From the UHGV virus genome UHGV-0357162: a DNA stretch of 40,644 nucleotides; one strand, 5' to 3'. The position numbers were made by a program, and so were the translations under genes. This DNA comes from a virus. Shown one piece after another: positions 25,385-35,440 of this stretch (its first letter is position 1; each line of letters begins with the position of its first letter). The notes beneath the pieces were generated by a model. The model did no database searches. It was given only the letters and a program-made list of their open reading frames with translations, and was not told the DNA's origin.

Positions 25385-26509
25385 ATGCCGCGTATGAAGA
25401 TGAACATTGCGGCATTAAGCCTCGAAATTACTAAAGCAACCCACAGCGAAATCCAGCTGTTTCCGGCGGGCGAGTTCAGTGCGGTGGATGGTCGCCCACA
25501 TACCGATGAAGTCGAAAGTGGTAAATGGGTGCTGACTGCCGGACTGGCCGCGCAGCTTGTCGCACAGGTGGCAGCCCGTACCACGCCTTTTGTCATTGAT
25601 TACGAACATCAGACGCTGCGCGCCGTAAACAACGGCAAGCCCGCCCCGGCGGCGGGCTGGTTCAGCCAGGTGGAATGGCGAGAAGGTGCGGGCCTGTATG
25701 CCACCGGTGTGGAGTGGACGGATAACGCGGCGGCCATGATTGCCGCCGGTGAGTACAAGTTTATTTCCCCTGTTTTTGCCTACAACAAGCGCGGCGAAGT
25801 GCTGGAGCTGTTACATGCTGCGCTGACCAATACCCCGGCGCTGGACGGTATGGACGCGGTCATGCTGGCTGCGGCCAGTCGTCTGGCGAGTCTGTCAACT
25901 GAAACGGAGACCACAACGGTGGATGAAGAACTGTTAAACAATTTGCTTTCCGACCTGCGCTGGATGCTTAACCTCCCGGTTACCTCAACGGCGGAAGATA
26001 TCAAAAACGAGCTGCAAAAGGTCGTTGACATGATTTCGAACGGTCAGGGAACGGCGGCGGCATCCGTCAGCCTGCTGGCCCTGCTGAATCAGAAAGACGA
26101 GCAAATCGCCAGTCTGTCAGCAAATGCCTATGACCCGACGAAGCATATCCCTCTGACGGCATATGAAGAACTTCAGGGACGTTATGCCGTACTGGCGCAA
26201 CAGTCCGGTGAGGCCGAAGCCGGGGCACTGATTCAGGCGGCGCTGTCTGACGGGCGACTGCTTCCGGCCCAGGAAGACTGGGCAAAAGATTACGCCAGCC
26301 GCGATATCAACGGCTTTAAGTCCTGGCTGGATAACGCACCGAAACTTGTTGCGCTCAGTCAGACCCAGACCGGCGGCAAACCACCCAAAACGCCGTCACC
26401 GGCCCCGGCGCAGATTAAAACCGGCGATGACGTTGATGTCGATATCGCCATTTGTTCAATGATGGGCGTTGATCCAGAGGATATCGCCCGTTACGCAGGA
26501 GACAAGTAA
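25385..26509 (+). CDS. Mu I-like head protease / scaffold protein
   Basis: Start taken at the first ATG after the late box (MPRMKMNIAALS; alternatives 25394 and 25400); position before the major head protein. Confidence 0.65.
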   Translation: MPRMKMNIAALSLEITKATHSEIQLFPAGEFSAVDGRPHTDEVESGKWVLTAGLAAQLVAQVAARTTPFVIDYEHQTLRAVNNGKPAPAAGWFSQVEWREGAGLYATGVEWTDNAAAMIAAGEYKFISPVFAYNKRGEVLELLHAALTNTPALDGMDAVMLAAASRLASLSTETETTTVDEELLNNLLSDLRWMLNLPVTSTAEDIKNELQKVVDMISNGQGTAAASVSLLALLNQKDEQIASLSANAYDPTKHIPLTAYEELQGRYAVLAQQSGEAEAGALIQAALSDGRLLPAQEDWAKDYASRDINGFKSWLDNAPKLVALSQTQTGGKPPKTPSPAPAQIKTGDDVDVDIAICSMMGVDPEDIARYAGDK

Positions 26510-26905
26510 ATGGATCGCAATACCCCCTACCGTGACGGCGAACTGAACCCGGTGCCGGTTGCCGCTGCGACCGAAATTTTTGGCGGTCATATGGTGGCCG
26601 TTAACGCCTCCGGTTATGCCGTTCCGGCCAGTGCCACGGCCTCACAGATTACGCTGGGCGTGTCTGATGGCTGGGTGGATAACAGCAAGGGCAGCGATGG
26701 CGACGCCACCGTTCTGGTGCGTTGCGGCAAAGCCTTTCTGATGGCGAACAGCACCTCAGACCCGGTCACACAATCGCAGGTCGGCAAGCTGTGCTACGTG
26801 GAAGACAGCGTAACCGTGGCAAAAACCGACAACAGCAGCGCCCGTCCTGTCGCCGGGAAAGTGATCGGCATCTGTGGCGATGGCGTCTGGGTTCATTTCA
26901 GTTAA
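26510..26905 (+). CDS. hypothetical head protein (possible decoration/cement protein, DUF2190-like)
   Basis: 131 aa between the protease/scaffold and the major head gene; family assignment tentative. Confidence 0.35.
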   Translation: MDRNTPYRDGELNPVPVAAATEIFGGHMVAVNASGYAVPASATASQITLGVSDGWVDNSKGSDGDATVLVRCGKAFLMANSTSDPVTQSQVGKLCYVEDSVTVAKTDNSSARPVAGKVIGICGDGVWVHFS

Positions 26906-26915
26906 GGAGCGAAAC

Positions 26916-27824
26916 GTGATAGTCAACGCTAAAAACCTCAACCAGATTTTTATTAATCTGAAGACCACCTATCAGAAAGCCTTCGACCAGACTCCCACTG
27001 ACTGGCAAAAAGTGGCAATGGAAGTGCCATCAGGCAGCAAGGAGAACGACTACAGCTGGTTGAGTCGTTTCCCGAAAATGCGCGAGTGGGTCGGTGATAA
27101 AAACGTTAAATCTCTGGAAGCCTTCAACTACACCATCCGCAACAAGGACTGGGAAGCCACGGTTGAAGTCGATCGCAATGACATCGAGGACGACCAGATT
27201 ATGGGTTATGCCCTTCAGGCCAGAGACGCGGGCCAGTCAGCGGCAGAACTCCCGGCAGATATTGTGGCATCCCTTATCAATAACGGTTTTACCAGTCCCT
27301 GTTACGACGGCCAGATGTTCTTTGATACCGACCACCTGGTCGCCGGTAAATCGGTGTCCAACAAAGGCACCAAAAAACTCAAAGTGGGGTCGCTTGCTGA
27401 AGCGAAAGCCTCCTACGGTGCCGCCCGTACGGCCATGCGCAGCCTGAAAGATGACGAAGGCGCGTCTCTCAGAATCCGCCCGAATCTGCTGGTTGTGCCA
27501 CCGGCGCTGGAGGATGACGCGAACTACCTGATGACCGCCGAGAAGTTCCCGGACGGCACACCGAACCCGTACCGCAATACCGCCGAAGTACTGGTGATGC
27601 CGGAGCTGACATCGGATTCTGCGTGGTTCCTGTTCGACACCTCCCGCTCGGTCAAGCCGCTGATCTTCCAGCAGCGTAAGAAACCGGTTTTTGTGGAGCA
27701 GACGGACTACAACAGCGACAACGTATTCATGCGTAAGAAGTTTCGGTTTGGTGCCGAAGCGCGCTGTAACGGCGGTTATGGCTTCTGGCAGATGGCATTT
27801 GGTTCAGATGGTACGACGGAGTAA
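26916..27824 (+). CDS. major head subunit (Mu T-like)
   Basis: GTG start after TAAGGAG RBS (VIVNAKNLNQIF...); about 302 aa; conserved position. Confidence 0.8.
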   Translation: MIVNAKNLNQIFINLKTTYQKAFDQTPTDWQKVAMEVPSGSKENDYSWLSRFPKMREWVGDKNVKSLEAFNYTIRNKDWEATVEVDRNDIEDDQIMGYALQARDAGQSAAELPADIVASLINNGFTSPCYDGQMFFDTDHLVAGKSVSNKGTKKLKVGSLAEAKASYGAARTAMRSLKDDEGASLRIRPNLLVVPPALEDDANYLMTAEKFPDGTPNPYRNTAEVLVMPELTSDSAWFLFDTSRSVKPLIFQQRKKPVFVEQTDYNSDNVFMRKKFRFGAEARCNGGYGFWQMAFGSDGTTE

Positions 27825-27827
27825 TGC

Positions 27828-28169
27828 ATGGAAAAGGTGATTGAAATTACCGCCCGCCGTGAGGGTTTTCGCCGCTGCGGTGTGGCACACAGCGCAACCA
27901 CGAAGGAATGGCCTGTGGATGCGTTCACCCCGGAACAGCTGGCGGTGCTGAAGGCGGACCCCATGCTGATTGTGGTGGAGCGTGATAAAGCGTCCGGTCA
28001 GAACGACGCGGCCCGGGGTGATGAGCTGGCCGCACAGCTGGATGCCGAACGCCAGAAAGTCAGCGAACTGACGGCGCAACTGGAAGAAGAACGCCAGAAA
28101 GTCAGTGAACTGACCGCACAGCTGAACGCCGCACAGAAAACACAAAAAGCGGACAAAAAGGAGAAGTAA
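27828..28169 (+). CDS. coiled-coil protein with internal tandem repeat
   Basis: 113 aa; ERQKVSELTAQL repeated twice; resembles the N-terminal domain family of FluMu-type prophage proteins. Confidence 0.45.
   Translation: MEKVIEITARREGFRRCGVAHSATTKEWPVDAFTPEQLAVLKADPMLIVVERDKASGQNDAARGDELAAQLDAERQKVSELTAQLEEERQKVSELTAQLNAAQKTQKADKKEK
28047..28130 (+). repeat. intragenic tandem repeat, 2 x 42 nt
   Basis: gaacgccagaaagtcag(c/t)gaactgac(g/c)gc(g/a)ca(a/g)ctg units encoding ERQKVSELTAQL. Confidence 0.6.
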
Positions 28170-28172
28170 CCC

Positions 28173-28604
28173 ATGTCTTACGCCACCCCGGAACAGTTCA
28201 TCAGGGCGTTCAGTGAACGCGAGGCACGCACACTGACGGATGAAGACATGACAGGATTCATCGACGAAGAAAAGCTGGCCTCCGCGCTTGCGCGCGCCAG
28301 TGCCCAGATTGATGGCTATCTGGTGGGGCGTTACCGGACCCCGTGGCCTGACAGCCCGGGGATTCTGGTGGGTTACTGCTGCGATATCGCCCGTTATCAC
28401 CTGGCGACCGATTACCGTATCTGCTCAGAAGAAATTCAGATGCGCTACCGGGATGCCATCCGCTTTCTGGAGAAAGTCGCGGCAGGACAAATCAACCTCG
28501 GACGGGATACGTCCGGCAGCGTGATCCAGTCATCGTCACAGGTGCGTATCCGCTCCGGCTCCCGTCAGTTCGGGCGTGAGTCCACGCGGGGAGGTGCATT
28601 CTGA
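28173..28604 (+). CDS. Mu gp36-like protein (DUF1320)
   Basis: 143 aa; position after the head gene block. Confidence 0.55.
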   Translation: MSYATPEQFIRAFSEREARTLTDEDMTGFIDEEKLASALARASAQIDGYLVGRYRTPWPDSPGILVGYCCDIARYHLATDYRICSEEIQMRYRDAIRFLEKVAAGQINLGRDTSGSVIQSSSQVRIRSGSRQFGRESTRGGAF

Positions 28605-28657
28605 TTACTGACATTGAACGGGCGCTGGTTGAGCGTCTGCGCTGTGGTCTGGGGCAT

Positions 28658-29254
28658 ATGGTGCAGGATGTCCGCACCTATGCCGGTGAACTGGATGAAG
28701 ACCCGGGCCGGATTGTTCGCAGCCTTCCGGCAGCCTGGGTGACGTTCGGCGGCATCGTGAAAACCGAGCGCTATTCCACGTCACGCCGGAAATACATTGC
28801 CACAGGACGCTTTGTGGTTGTGGTGGGTGATTACAACGCCCGCAGCGAACAGAGCGCCAGACAGGGAGGCACCGTCCGGGATGAAGTCGGGACAAACCTG
28901 CTGGTTGAATCCGTCCGTCGCCTGCTGACCGGTCAGGATTTGGGGCTGGAGATTGATTATTTCGAGCCCGGGCGGGTCAGGACGCTGTTTAACACCGGCG
29001 TGGCAGAGCGGGCAATGTCCGTGTTTGCCTGTGAGTTCGATACCCGCTGGGTGGAGCACGCGCTGGAGAACGGCAAATGGCCGGAGCGTGGCGCAGAAGC
29101 GGACCGCCTCTTCAACCGTTACCACGGCAGGCTGTCAGACCCTGACCCGGAACTGCTGAACCTTGGCATCCGGTACCAGATGCAGGACAGCGACGCTGAA
29201 ATATCAGGGCTGACTGAATTAAGAGAGCAACAGCATGAACAAAATGAAGGTTAA
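28658..29254 (+). CDS. Mu gp37-like protein (DUF1834); start uncertain
   Basis: First ATG at 28658 has a weak RBS; a strong GGAGGT RBS lies at about 28590 before an in-frame CTG/ATT (28601/28604), so a non-AUG start is possible. Confidence 0.5.
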   Translation: MVQDVRTYAGELDEDPGRIVRSLPAAWVTFGGIVKTERYSTSRRKYIATGRFVVVVGDYNARSEQSARQGGTVRDEVGTNLLVESVRRLLTGQDLGLEIDYFEPGRVRTLFNTGVAERAMSVFACEFDTRWVEHALENGKWPERGAEADRLFNRYHGRLSDPDPELLNLGIRYQMQDSDAEISGLTELREQQHEQNEG

Positions 29255-29477
29255 GGCGGCTCCCGGGATGAAGTTCCCGATGGAGGATAACGCCCGGAAA
29301 TACATCACCACGGAAGCGGTGACCGTTGAGAACACCGCTTATTACCGGCGCGCCGTTCAGGACGGTGACCTGATTCTGGTGAAAGATGAGCCTGAAATCA
29401 CCGTGACGGCTGAACAGGACGCCGTGCAGGTAAAAGCGAAGGTGAAGAGAGAGAAACAGGTGGATTCCGATGAGTGA
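29235..29477 (+). CDS. Mu gp38-like protein (DUF2635)
   Basis: 80 aa; directly upstream of the sheath gene. Confidence 0.5.
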   Translation: MNKMKVKAAPGMKFPMEDNARKYITTEAVTVENTAYYRRAVQDGDLILVKDEPEITVTAEQDAVQVKAKVKREKQVDSDE

Positions 29478-30891
29478 AATTCAGTTTGACACCATTTCGG
29501 GCGGTATCCGTAAGCCCGGTGTGCATTTTGAGTTTAATACCCGGCTGGCCGTTAACACGCTGCCGGGTAACGAACAGCGTGTTCTGGTGATTGGCCCGAT
29601 GCTGTCAGGCGGCACCGCCACGCCCCTGAATGCCGTTTCCGTGTATTCCGAAGACGAAGCGGATTTGTATTTCGGGGCCGGTTCGCTGGCCGCTGCAATG
29701 GCGCGCGCGGCCATTAATGCCAACAGCTATCTGCAACTGGATGTTATCGGTATTGCAGACAGTGGCGCAGGAAAGGCAGCAACCGGCGCAGTTACCGTCA
29801 ACGGTACGGCAATCAGCAGCGGAACACTGTCGGTATGGGTTGCCGGTGAGCAGGTTTCCGTGGATGTGGAAACCGGTGATGGACCGTCGAAAATCATTCC
29901 TGCACTGGTGGAAGCAATGACGCAGACGCCCTCACTTCTGGTCACGGGGGAATACAAATCAGAAACCTCTCAGCTGACGGTGACCACCCGGACCAAAGGT
30001 GCCTGGGGGAATGACATCACCCTGTCAGCGTCCACCACGGCAGGTGGTCTGACCGTGAGCGCCACGCCGATGGCGAACGGTGAAATGGACCCGGATATTC
30101 AGCCCGCACTGGATGCGGTCTTTGCCGCCGGTCACAACATTCTGATTTGTCCGTTCAGTACCACGCCAGCCCTTGCCGCCCTGAAGCAGCACCTGGAGAA
30201 AACCGGGAACGCGATGGAACAGCGCGGCGCGATTGGCTGTGCAGGCTGGACGGGCAGTCTCGGAAACGGGATCACCCTGGCAGCCGGTGTGAACAGCGGG
30301 CGCGTGTCCGTCCCCTGGTATCGCGGTTCCGTGAAGCTGCCAGCGGTACTGGCTGCCATCTACGGCGCTGTGATGGCGGGCGAGGAAGACCCGGCGCGTC
30401 CGCTGAACTCGCTGGCGCTGTCCGGGCTGGATGTGGTCGCCATGTCACAGCGTGAAAGCCGTAACGAGCAGGAAAACGCCCTGCATAACGGCCTGACGCC
30501 GGTTGAGGTTGGCCCGGGTAACACGGTGCAGATTGTGCGTGCGGTCAGTACGTACACGGTTAACGCACAGGGTGTGACTGACGTCTCGTTACTGGATATC
30601 ACGTCCATCAGAACGCTGGACTACACCCGCAAGGCGTGCCGCGAACGCATCAGCCTTCGCTTCCCGCGCGAAAAACTCAGCACCCGCACTATCGCAAAAG
30701 TGGAAAGCGAACTGTATGACGTGCTGATCAAGCTGGAGGAAGCGGAAATTCTGGAGAACGTGGAAGCGAACAAGGCAAAGCTGCGCGTTCAGCGAAACGG
30801 GAAAGATGCAAACCGTCTCGACTGCGTGGTTCCGGCGGATGTGGTTAACGGCCTGCATGTGTTTGCCGGTCGCATCGACATGATTTTGTAA
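29470..30891 (+). CDS. tail sheath protein (Mu L-like)
   Basis: 473 aa; size and position typical of contractile tail sheath; followed by the tube gene. Confidence 0.85.
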   Translation: MSEIQFDTISGGIRKPGVHFEFNTRLAVNTLPGNEQRVLVIGPMLSGGTATPLNAVSVYSEDEADLYFGAGSLAAAMARAAINANSYLQLDVIGIADSGAGKAATGAVTVNGTAISSGTLSVWVAGEQVSVDVETGDGPSKIIPALVEAMTQTPSLLVTGEYKSETSQLTVTTRTKGAWGNDITLSASTTAGGLTVSATPMANGEMDPDIQPALDAVFAAGHNILICPFSTTPALAALKQHLEKTGNAMEQRGAIGCAGWTGSLGNGITLAAGVNSGRVSVPWYRGSVKLPAVLAAIYGAVMAGEEDPARPLNSLALSGLDVVAMSQRESRNEQENALHNGLTPVEVGPGNTVQIVRAVSTYTVNAQGVTDVSLLDITSIRTLDYTRKACRERISLRFPREKLSTRTIAKVESELYDVLIKLEEAEILENVEANKAKLRVQRNGKDANRLDCVVPADVVNGLHVFAGRIDMIL

Positions 30892-30903
30892 GGAGCGCGG
30901 TAA

Positions 30904-31278
30904 ATGTCCATTAAAGAATATGTCGGCTCGATTGTGCTGGAGGTGGACAGCCAGGAAATCGAGATCACCGACTTCGATGTTCAGATCAACACCGGGCGAA
31001 AGCTGGTCAAGACCATGAACAAAACCGGCAGGGCTAAAGGCTTTGCCCGTGGCATTGCCACTTACGATATTTCAGTTTCGGCGGTGATCCCTGATACCAA
31101 CGAGCCGGACTGGGAAAATCTGGAAGGTGTGAAAATCTCAATTTATCCGCTCAGTAACAGCGGCAAGCGCACCTCCTATCTGGACTGCTTCACAACCGAA
31201 GTGGGTGAGAAATACACCGTCGATAATGAAGCGAAAATTGATATCAAAATGGCTGCACTCAGGAAGGTGACAGGATGA
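30904..31278 (+). CDS. tail tube protein (Mu M-like)
   Basis: 124 aa; immediately after the sheath gene with GGAG RBS. Confidence 0.75.
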   Translation: MSIKEYVGSIVLEVDSQEIEITDFDVQINTGRKLVKTMNKTGRAKGFARGIATYDISVSAVIPDTNEPDWENLEGVKISIYPLSNSGKRTSYLDCFTTEVGEKYTVDNEAKIDIKMAALRKVTG

Positions 31279-31658
31279 CTTTGATTAATACACAGACTGG
31301 CGAACTGTCTGATGGCGTGGTGTTTAACGGCACCGTTCATAAAAACTTTGAGCTGCGTCTGCCGGTCATGCGTGATAACGGGCAGGCACTGGAAGAAACC
31401 GAAGAACGCTTTCAGACGGTGGATGGCTTCGCGGCGGATTATTACTACCGCTGTGCGGTGATGGCGGCAACGCTGGTCCGTCTGGGGGATATTCCGCAGG
31501 AAGAACTGACGGCGGAGCTGTTGCACGACAATATGACGCCGGAAGATTTTAATATTCTGCTGGCATCACGCAACGTCCTGAAGGTAAAGCGGAACGGCGG
31601 GAATCCCGGCTCGCCGGACTCCGGCTCGCAGTCCTCATCCTCGGGCGCTACGGAATAA
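31275..31658 (+). CDS. tail assembly chaperone (Mu gp41-like)
   Basis: 127 aa, acidic; position between tube and tape measure. Confidence 0.55.
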   Translation: MTLINTQTGELSDGVVFNGTVHKNFELRLPVMRDNGQALEETEERFQTVDGFAADYYYRCAVMAATLVRLGDIPQEELTAELLHDNMTPEDFNILLASRNVLKVKRNGGNPGSPDSGSQSSSSGATE

Positions 31659-31672
31659 CCGAAGAGCAAATC

Positions 31673-31828
31673 ATGACCATGAGCCGTCCCGAGCTGGACG
31701 GCTGGCTTGCCGCCGTTGACAGGCTGAACGGCGGCTCAGGAAGGAAGGACACCTCACAGACCACCCGCCAGTCATTTAAATCCCTCAGAAAGAAACGCAG
31801 AAAAGGTAAGCAGAAAAATGGCCGGTAA
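31673..31828 (+). CDS. small basic ORF in the -1 frame of the chaperone gene; possible frameshift extension
   Basis: MTMSRPELDGWLAAVDRLNGGSGRKDTSQTTRQSFKSLRKKRRKGKQKNGR; its frame is open upstream into the 3' end of gp41 and it overlaps the tape measure start. Confidence 0.3.
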   Translation: MTMSRPELDGWLAAVDRLNGGSGRKDTSQTTRQSFKSLRKKRRKGKQKNGR

Positions 31829-34091
31829 TTTCAAAGTTGGCATGACCCTGACTGCGAAGGACGAAGCCTCGCAGGTTCTGGAAAAGGGACAAAAACAGGT
31901 TATCAAAGCCACCGAAGGTGTAACAAAGGCGACACGGAAGGCAGGCGCAGAGCAGAAGCGTACCGAGCAGGAAAGCATTAACAGCACGAAAAAGGCCGCA
32001 AAAGAGATACAGCGTGCCGCCCGTGCCCGGGAAACGCTCGGTATTCGTGCAGAGCGTGAGATCCGGCGTGAAATTTATCTGACGGTTGCCAGTTATAACC
32101 GTCTGGCCCGCGCCGGTTTTGAATCTGCGCAGGAGCAGGAGCGCGCCATGCAGGCCACCCGGGAAAAAGCCCGAGCACTCAAGCGCGAACTGGATGGCGT
32201 TACTCAGGCGCAGATGAAGATGGCGAAAACGCCTGTTATCCCTGAACCGGGGCGTTTTGCGCGTGCGGCTGCGTTTGGCGGGAATGCCGTGACAATAGGC
32301 GGTGGTATCGCGGCAGGTGCGGCCATTATGGCGCAGCCAGTCAAAAAGCAGATGAGCTACGAACGCCAGCTGGCAATGATGGCCAATACCGCCTTCAGTG
32401 ATGGCGGGCTGGAGGGGCGCAGGGCTGGTCTTGAGCAGATGAAAAGCAGCATCCGTAACGCGGTGACCTATGGCGGCGGTACGAAAGAAGACGCAGCCGA
32501 AACACTGGATGCCCTGCTGAAAGATGGCGGTATTTCATTTGAAACAGCCAGCAAGTGGCTTCCTGAACTGATGAAATACGCCACAGCTTCCGGTGCATCA
32601 GCGACAGACCTGGCTAATGTGATGCTTAAGGGTAAAAAGACCTTTGGATTCAGGGATGAAGATATTTCCACCGTTCTGAATATGGCGATTGCGGCAGGAA
32701 AAGAAGGCAGCTTTGAACTGAACGATATGGCCCGCTGGTTATCCCAACAAATGGGATCTGCGTCAGCTGCGGGAATGAAAGGCAAGGATGATTTCGTCAA
32801 GATTCTTGCGCTGAATGAAGCCGCCGCGATCACAGCTGGTAGCAGTGATGAAGCAGGGAATAACGTGGTTAACCTGCTGGCCAAACTGACCAGCCATGAT
32901 ATTGAAACTGCGGCAAAGAGCATTGATTACAACGGTAAAGGGATTGATTTTTCAGGTACGCTGACTGAAGCGCGCAAGCATGGACTGGATCCGATAGACG
33001 CGCTTTCCAGCCTGATAGACAAAATCGTTGCCAACGATAAACGCTATCAGGATTTGCAAAAGAAACTGTCATCTGCCCGGGATAAAGGTGAACAGACGGC
33101 TGTTTACGATTCGATGGCAAAACTCCTTGAAGGCTTTGGTGTCGGGAAACTGGTTGCAGACCGTCAGGCGTTGATGGCGTTGTTAGCCTACCGTAACAAC
33201 CCGGAATACCGTAAGAAGGTTGAAGACGCGATTAATCAGCAACGTACCCTGCCGGAAGGCCAGCGCGCGGGGGATGTTGATTTCAGATTCATATCCGGCC
33301 TCAATGACTTTAAAACCGAACAGGCTAAAAACACGCTTGAATTTTCACAAATGGACAGCGTGAAAAAGCTGGCTGATGCGTCCGGTACTGTGGCCGATGC
33401 CATAAGCTGGGCGGGTGAAAAATTTCCGGGACTGACCACGGCAGTGGTGGGTGCCACGACCGCCATTGAAGCGATGACCGCAGCGGCCCTGACATGGGCC
33501 GGGATCAAAATCCTGACCGGGGGTAAACCCGGTGGCAAGGCTGGCGAGGTCGTCGGTGATGTCATTGAAAACACGGTCAAAAAAAGCAAAGGATTTAAAT
33601 TCCCCGGCATTGCCGGTAGCCTGCTTTCTTTCGGTGGCACCGTTACGGCACTGGCCACCGCAACCAGCCCGGAAGAAGACGCCGCCGTAGAAGGAAGCGA
33701 AGAACGCTGGAAGCGCATCCGTGCCCGATACCCCCAGGAAATCATCGACGCTGCCCGTAAAAAATACCAGCCGTGGTGGCAGTTTGGGGAAGGCTACTCC
33801 ACCGAAAACGAAGAGTGGTTGAGGCGCTGGGAGGAAGACAGGAAAAAAGCCGCAGCTGATGCCCTGCCATCACCGGCACAGGTCAACAAAACCGCCGGAA
33901 ACACAACGCCTGAATCAGCATCCAGGCAAACCGGACGCATCACCCAGCCGGAATACCTCACGCACTGGGGACCACCTGCCAGCCCCATTAATTTCACCAC
34001 ACAACTGGTGCTCGATGGTCAGGTTGTGGCGGAAGCAGTGAACAAATACAACCTTCAGGACGGTAACAGAGGCACGGGAGGAACTTACTGA
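31818..34091 (+). CDS. tail tape measure protein
   Basis: 757 aa; Ala/Lys/Glu-rich helical N-terminus and Gly-rich hydrophobic segments; position after the chaperone. Confidence 0.8.
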   Translation: MAGNFKVGMTLTAKDEASQVLEKGQKQVIKATEGVTKATRKAGAEQKRTEQESINSTKKAAKEIQRAARARETLGIRAEREIRREIYLTVASYNRLARAGFESAQEQERAMQATREKARALKRELDGVTQAQMKMAKTPVIPEPGRFARAAAFGGNAVTIGGGIAAGAAIMAQPVKKQMSYERQLAMMANTAFSDGGLEGRRAGLEQMKSSIRNAVTYGGGTKEDAAETLDALLKDGGISFETASKWLPELMKYATASGASATDLANVMLKGKKTFGFRDEDISTVLNMAIAAGKEGSFELNDMARWLSQQMGSASAAGMKGKDDFVKILALNEAAAITAGSSDEAGNNVVNLLAKLTSHDIETAAKSIDYNGKGIDFSGTLTEARKHGLDPIDALSSLIDKIVANDKRYQDLQKKLSSARDKGEQTAVYDSMAKLLEGFGVGKLVADRQALMALLAYRNNPEYRKKVEDAINQQRTLPEGQRAGDVDFRFISGLNDFKTEQAKNTLEFSQMDSVKKLADASGTVADAISWAGEKFPGLTTAVVGATTAIEAMTAAALTWAGIKILTGGKPGGKAGEVVGDVIENTVKKSKGFKFPGIAGSLLSFGGTVTALATATSPEEDAAVEGSEERWKRIRARYPQEIIDAARKKYQPWWQFGEGYSTENEEWLRRWEEDRKKAAADALPSPAQVNKTAGNTTPESASRQTGRITQPEYLTHWGPPASPINFTTQLVLDGQVVAEAVNKYNLQDGNRGTGGTY

Positions 34092-35440
34092 TGGGCTGGA
34101 CTGAAAACCTGCAAAACGCTTCCTTTCGTGGCGTGCAGTTTGATGTGCTGAACACGGATGAACAAATCAGCCGCGACCATGCGGTCTATGAATACCCGTT
34201 TGTTGACGGGGCGGATTTGCACGACCTCGGACGCAAGGCGAGACCGTTCCGCATGACGGCGTTCCTGTGGGGGGAGTATTACGAATATAAACTTGAAAAG
34301 CTGACCGCCGCCCTGGATAAAGGCGGCGATGGTGAGCTGATTCACCCGGTTTACGGCTCCGTACCGTCGGTGATTGTGACCGGCTACAGCATCCGCCATG
34401 ACGCAGAAAGCCCGGACAGCTGCACCATCGACATGAGCTTTCTGGAGAACCGCACCGGCAGCGCGTTGTTCAGCACCCCGTTACCGGAGCTGTTTGCACA
34501 GCAGTTATTTGAAGAACTGGATAAGTTACTGGCACAGTTAAGCGAATTGTTTGACGCTGTTACGGCCCCTTTAAAGACCATTAACAGCGTGATAAAAAAA
34601 ATCCAGACGGTGCGTGCCACGCTGGTGAATACCCTGCTGATATTCAAAAGCGATTTTCTCTCATCCATCGACAATATGATGTCGCTGGCCAGCGAACCCG
34701 GAAAGTTTATCGGCGGACTGGCAGAGGTGCTGGAAATCCACACGTCAGATGTCGGGCACGCGGTGCCGGTGCTGGAGCGTACTGATTCCGCCACCACGAC
34801 CGGACTGACCGGAGAAGACAGCGTCGCCAGTTCTGCGACCGTGATGACCTGCTGGAATGAGGTGATGGCAGATATGGATGAGCTGGTCGCGCTGCCGGTC
34901 GCACTGGTCAGCGGTGATAAAACGCCGTCTGTGGCACTTCCGCCGGATGCGTCCGTGGAAGACGTGCAGGACGTGAAAGCGGCTTATGCGGTTCTGGCAG
35001 CCTCAGAGCTGGCCAGCGTGGCGACGGCGATACTGTCAGATGAGGCCCAGTCAGAGCAGCTTATACCGGCGGATATCGGGCGACTGGTCGGGGATGTGCG
35101 CACCCGCTTACAGGCCGCCATCACGCTGTTCCGTGAACGCTATGAAGGCGAACGCGAACGGATAACCGAAACCGCATCACCACTGGGGCTGATGTACCCG
35201 GAAATCATTCAGAGCATGAAGAACGTGGCGGCATCCGTGCAGGATGTCGGTCTGCTGGTTCTGTCACGCCGCCCACCGCTGACGCAGAAACAGGTGCAGG
35301 CGGACAGCTGTCTGCTGTTGCTGGCGTGGCAGTGGTACGGTAATTACAGCCGTGCGGCAGAACTGCAACGTCTGAACCCGCAGCTGCGTGACCCGAACAA
35401 CATAACCGCCGGGATGGTGATTAATGCCTATGCAAAATAA
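34091..35440 (+). CDS. DNA circularisation protein N-like (Mu gp43)
   Basis: 449 aa; position after the tape measure. Confidence 0.7.
   Translation: MGWTENLQNASFRGVQFDVLNTDEQISRDHAVYEYPFVDGADLHDLGRKARPFRMTAFLWGEYYEYKLEKLTAALDKGGDGELIHPVYGSVPSVIVTGYSIRHDAESPDSCTIDMSFLENRTGSALFSTPLPELFAQQLFEELDKLLAQLSELFDAVTAPLKTINSVIKKIQTVRATLVNTLLIFKSDFLSSIDNMMSLASEPGKFIGGLAEVLEIHTSDVGHAVPVLERTDSATTTGLTGEDSVASSATVMTCWNEVMADMDELVALPVALVSGDKTPSVALPPDASVEDVQDVKAAYAVLAASELASVATAILSDEAQSEQLIPADIGRLVGDVRTRLQAAITLFRERYEGERERITETASPLGLMYPEIIQSMKNVAASVQDVGLLVLSRRPPLTQKQVQADSCLLLLAWQWYGNYSRAAELQRLNPQLRDPNNITAGMVINAYAK

Noticed and set aside
32468-33745. Antisense ORFs within the tape measure gene (32468..32923, 33236..33745)
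   Set aside because: Low-complexity Ala/Ser-rich translations opposite a clearly coding 757-aa tape measure gene.
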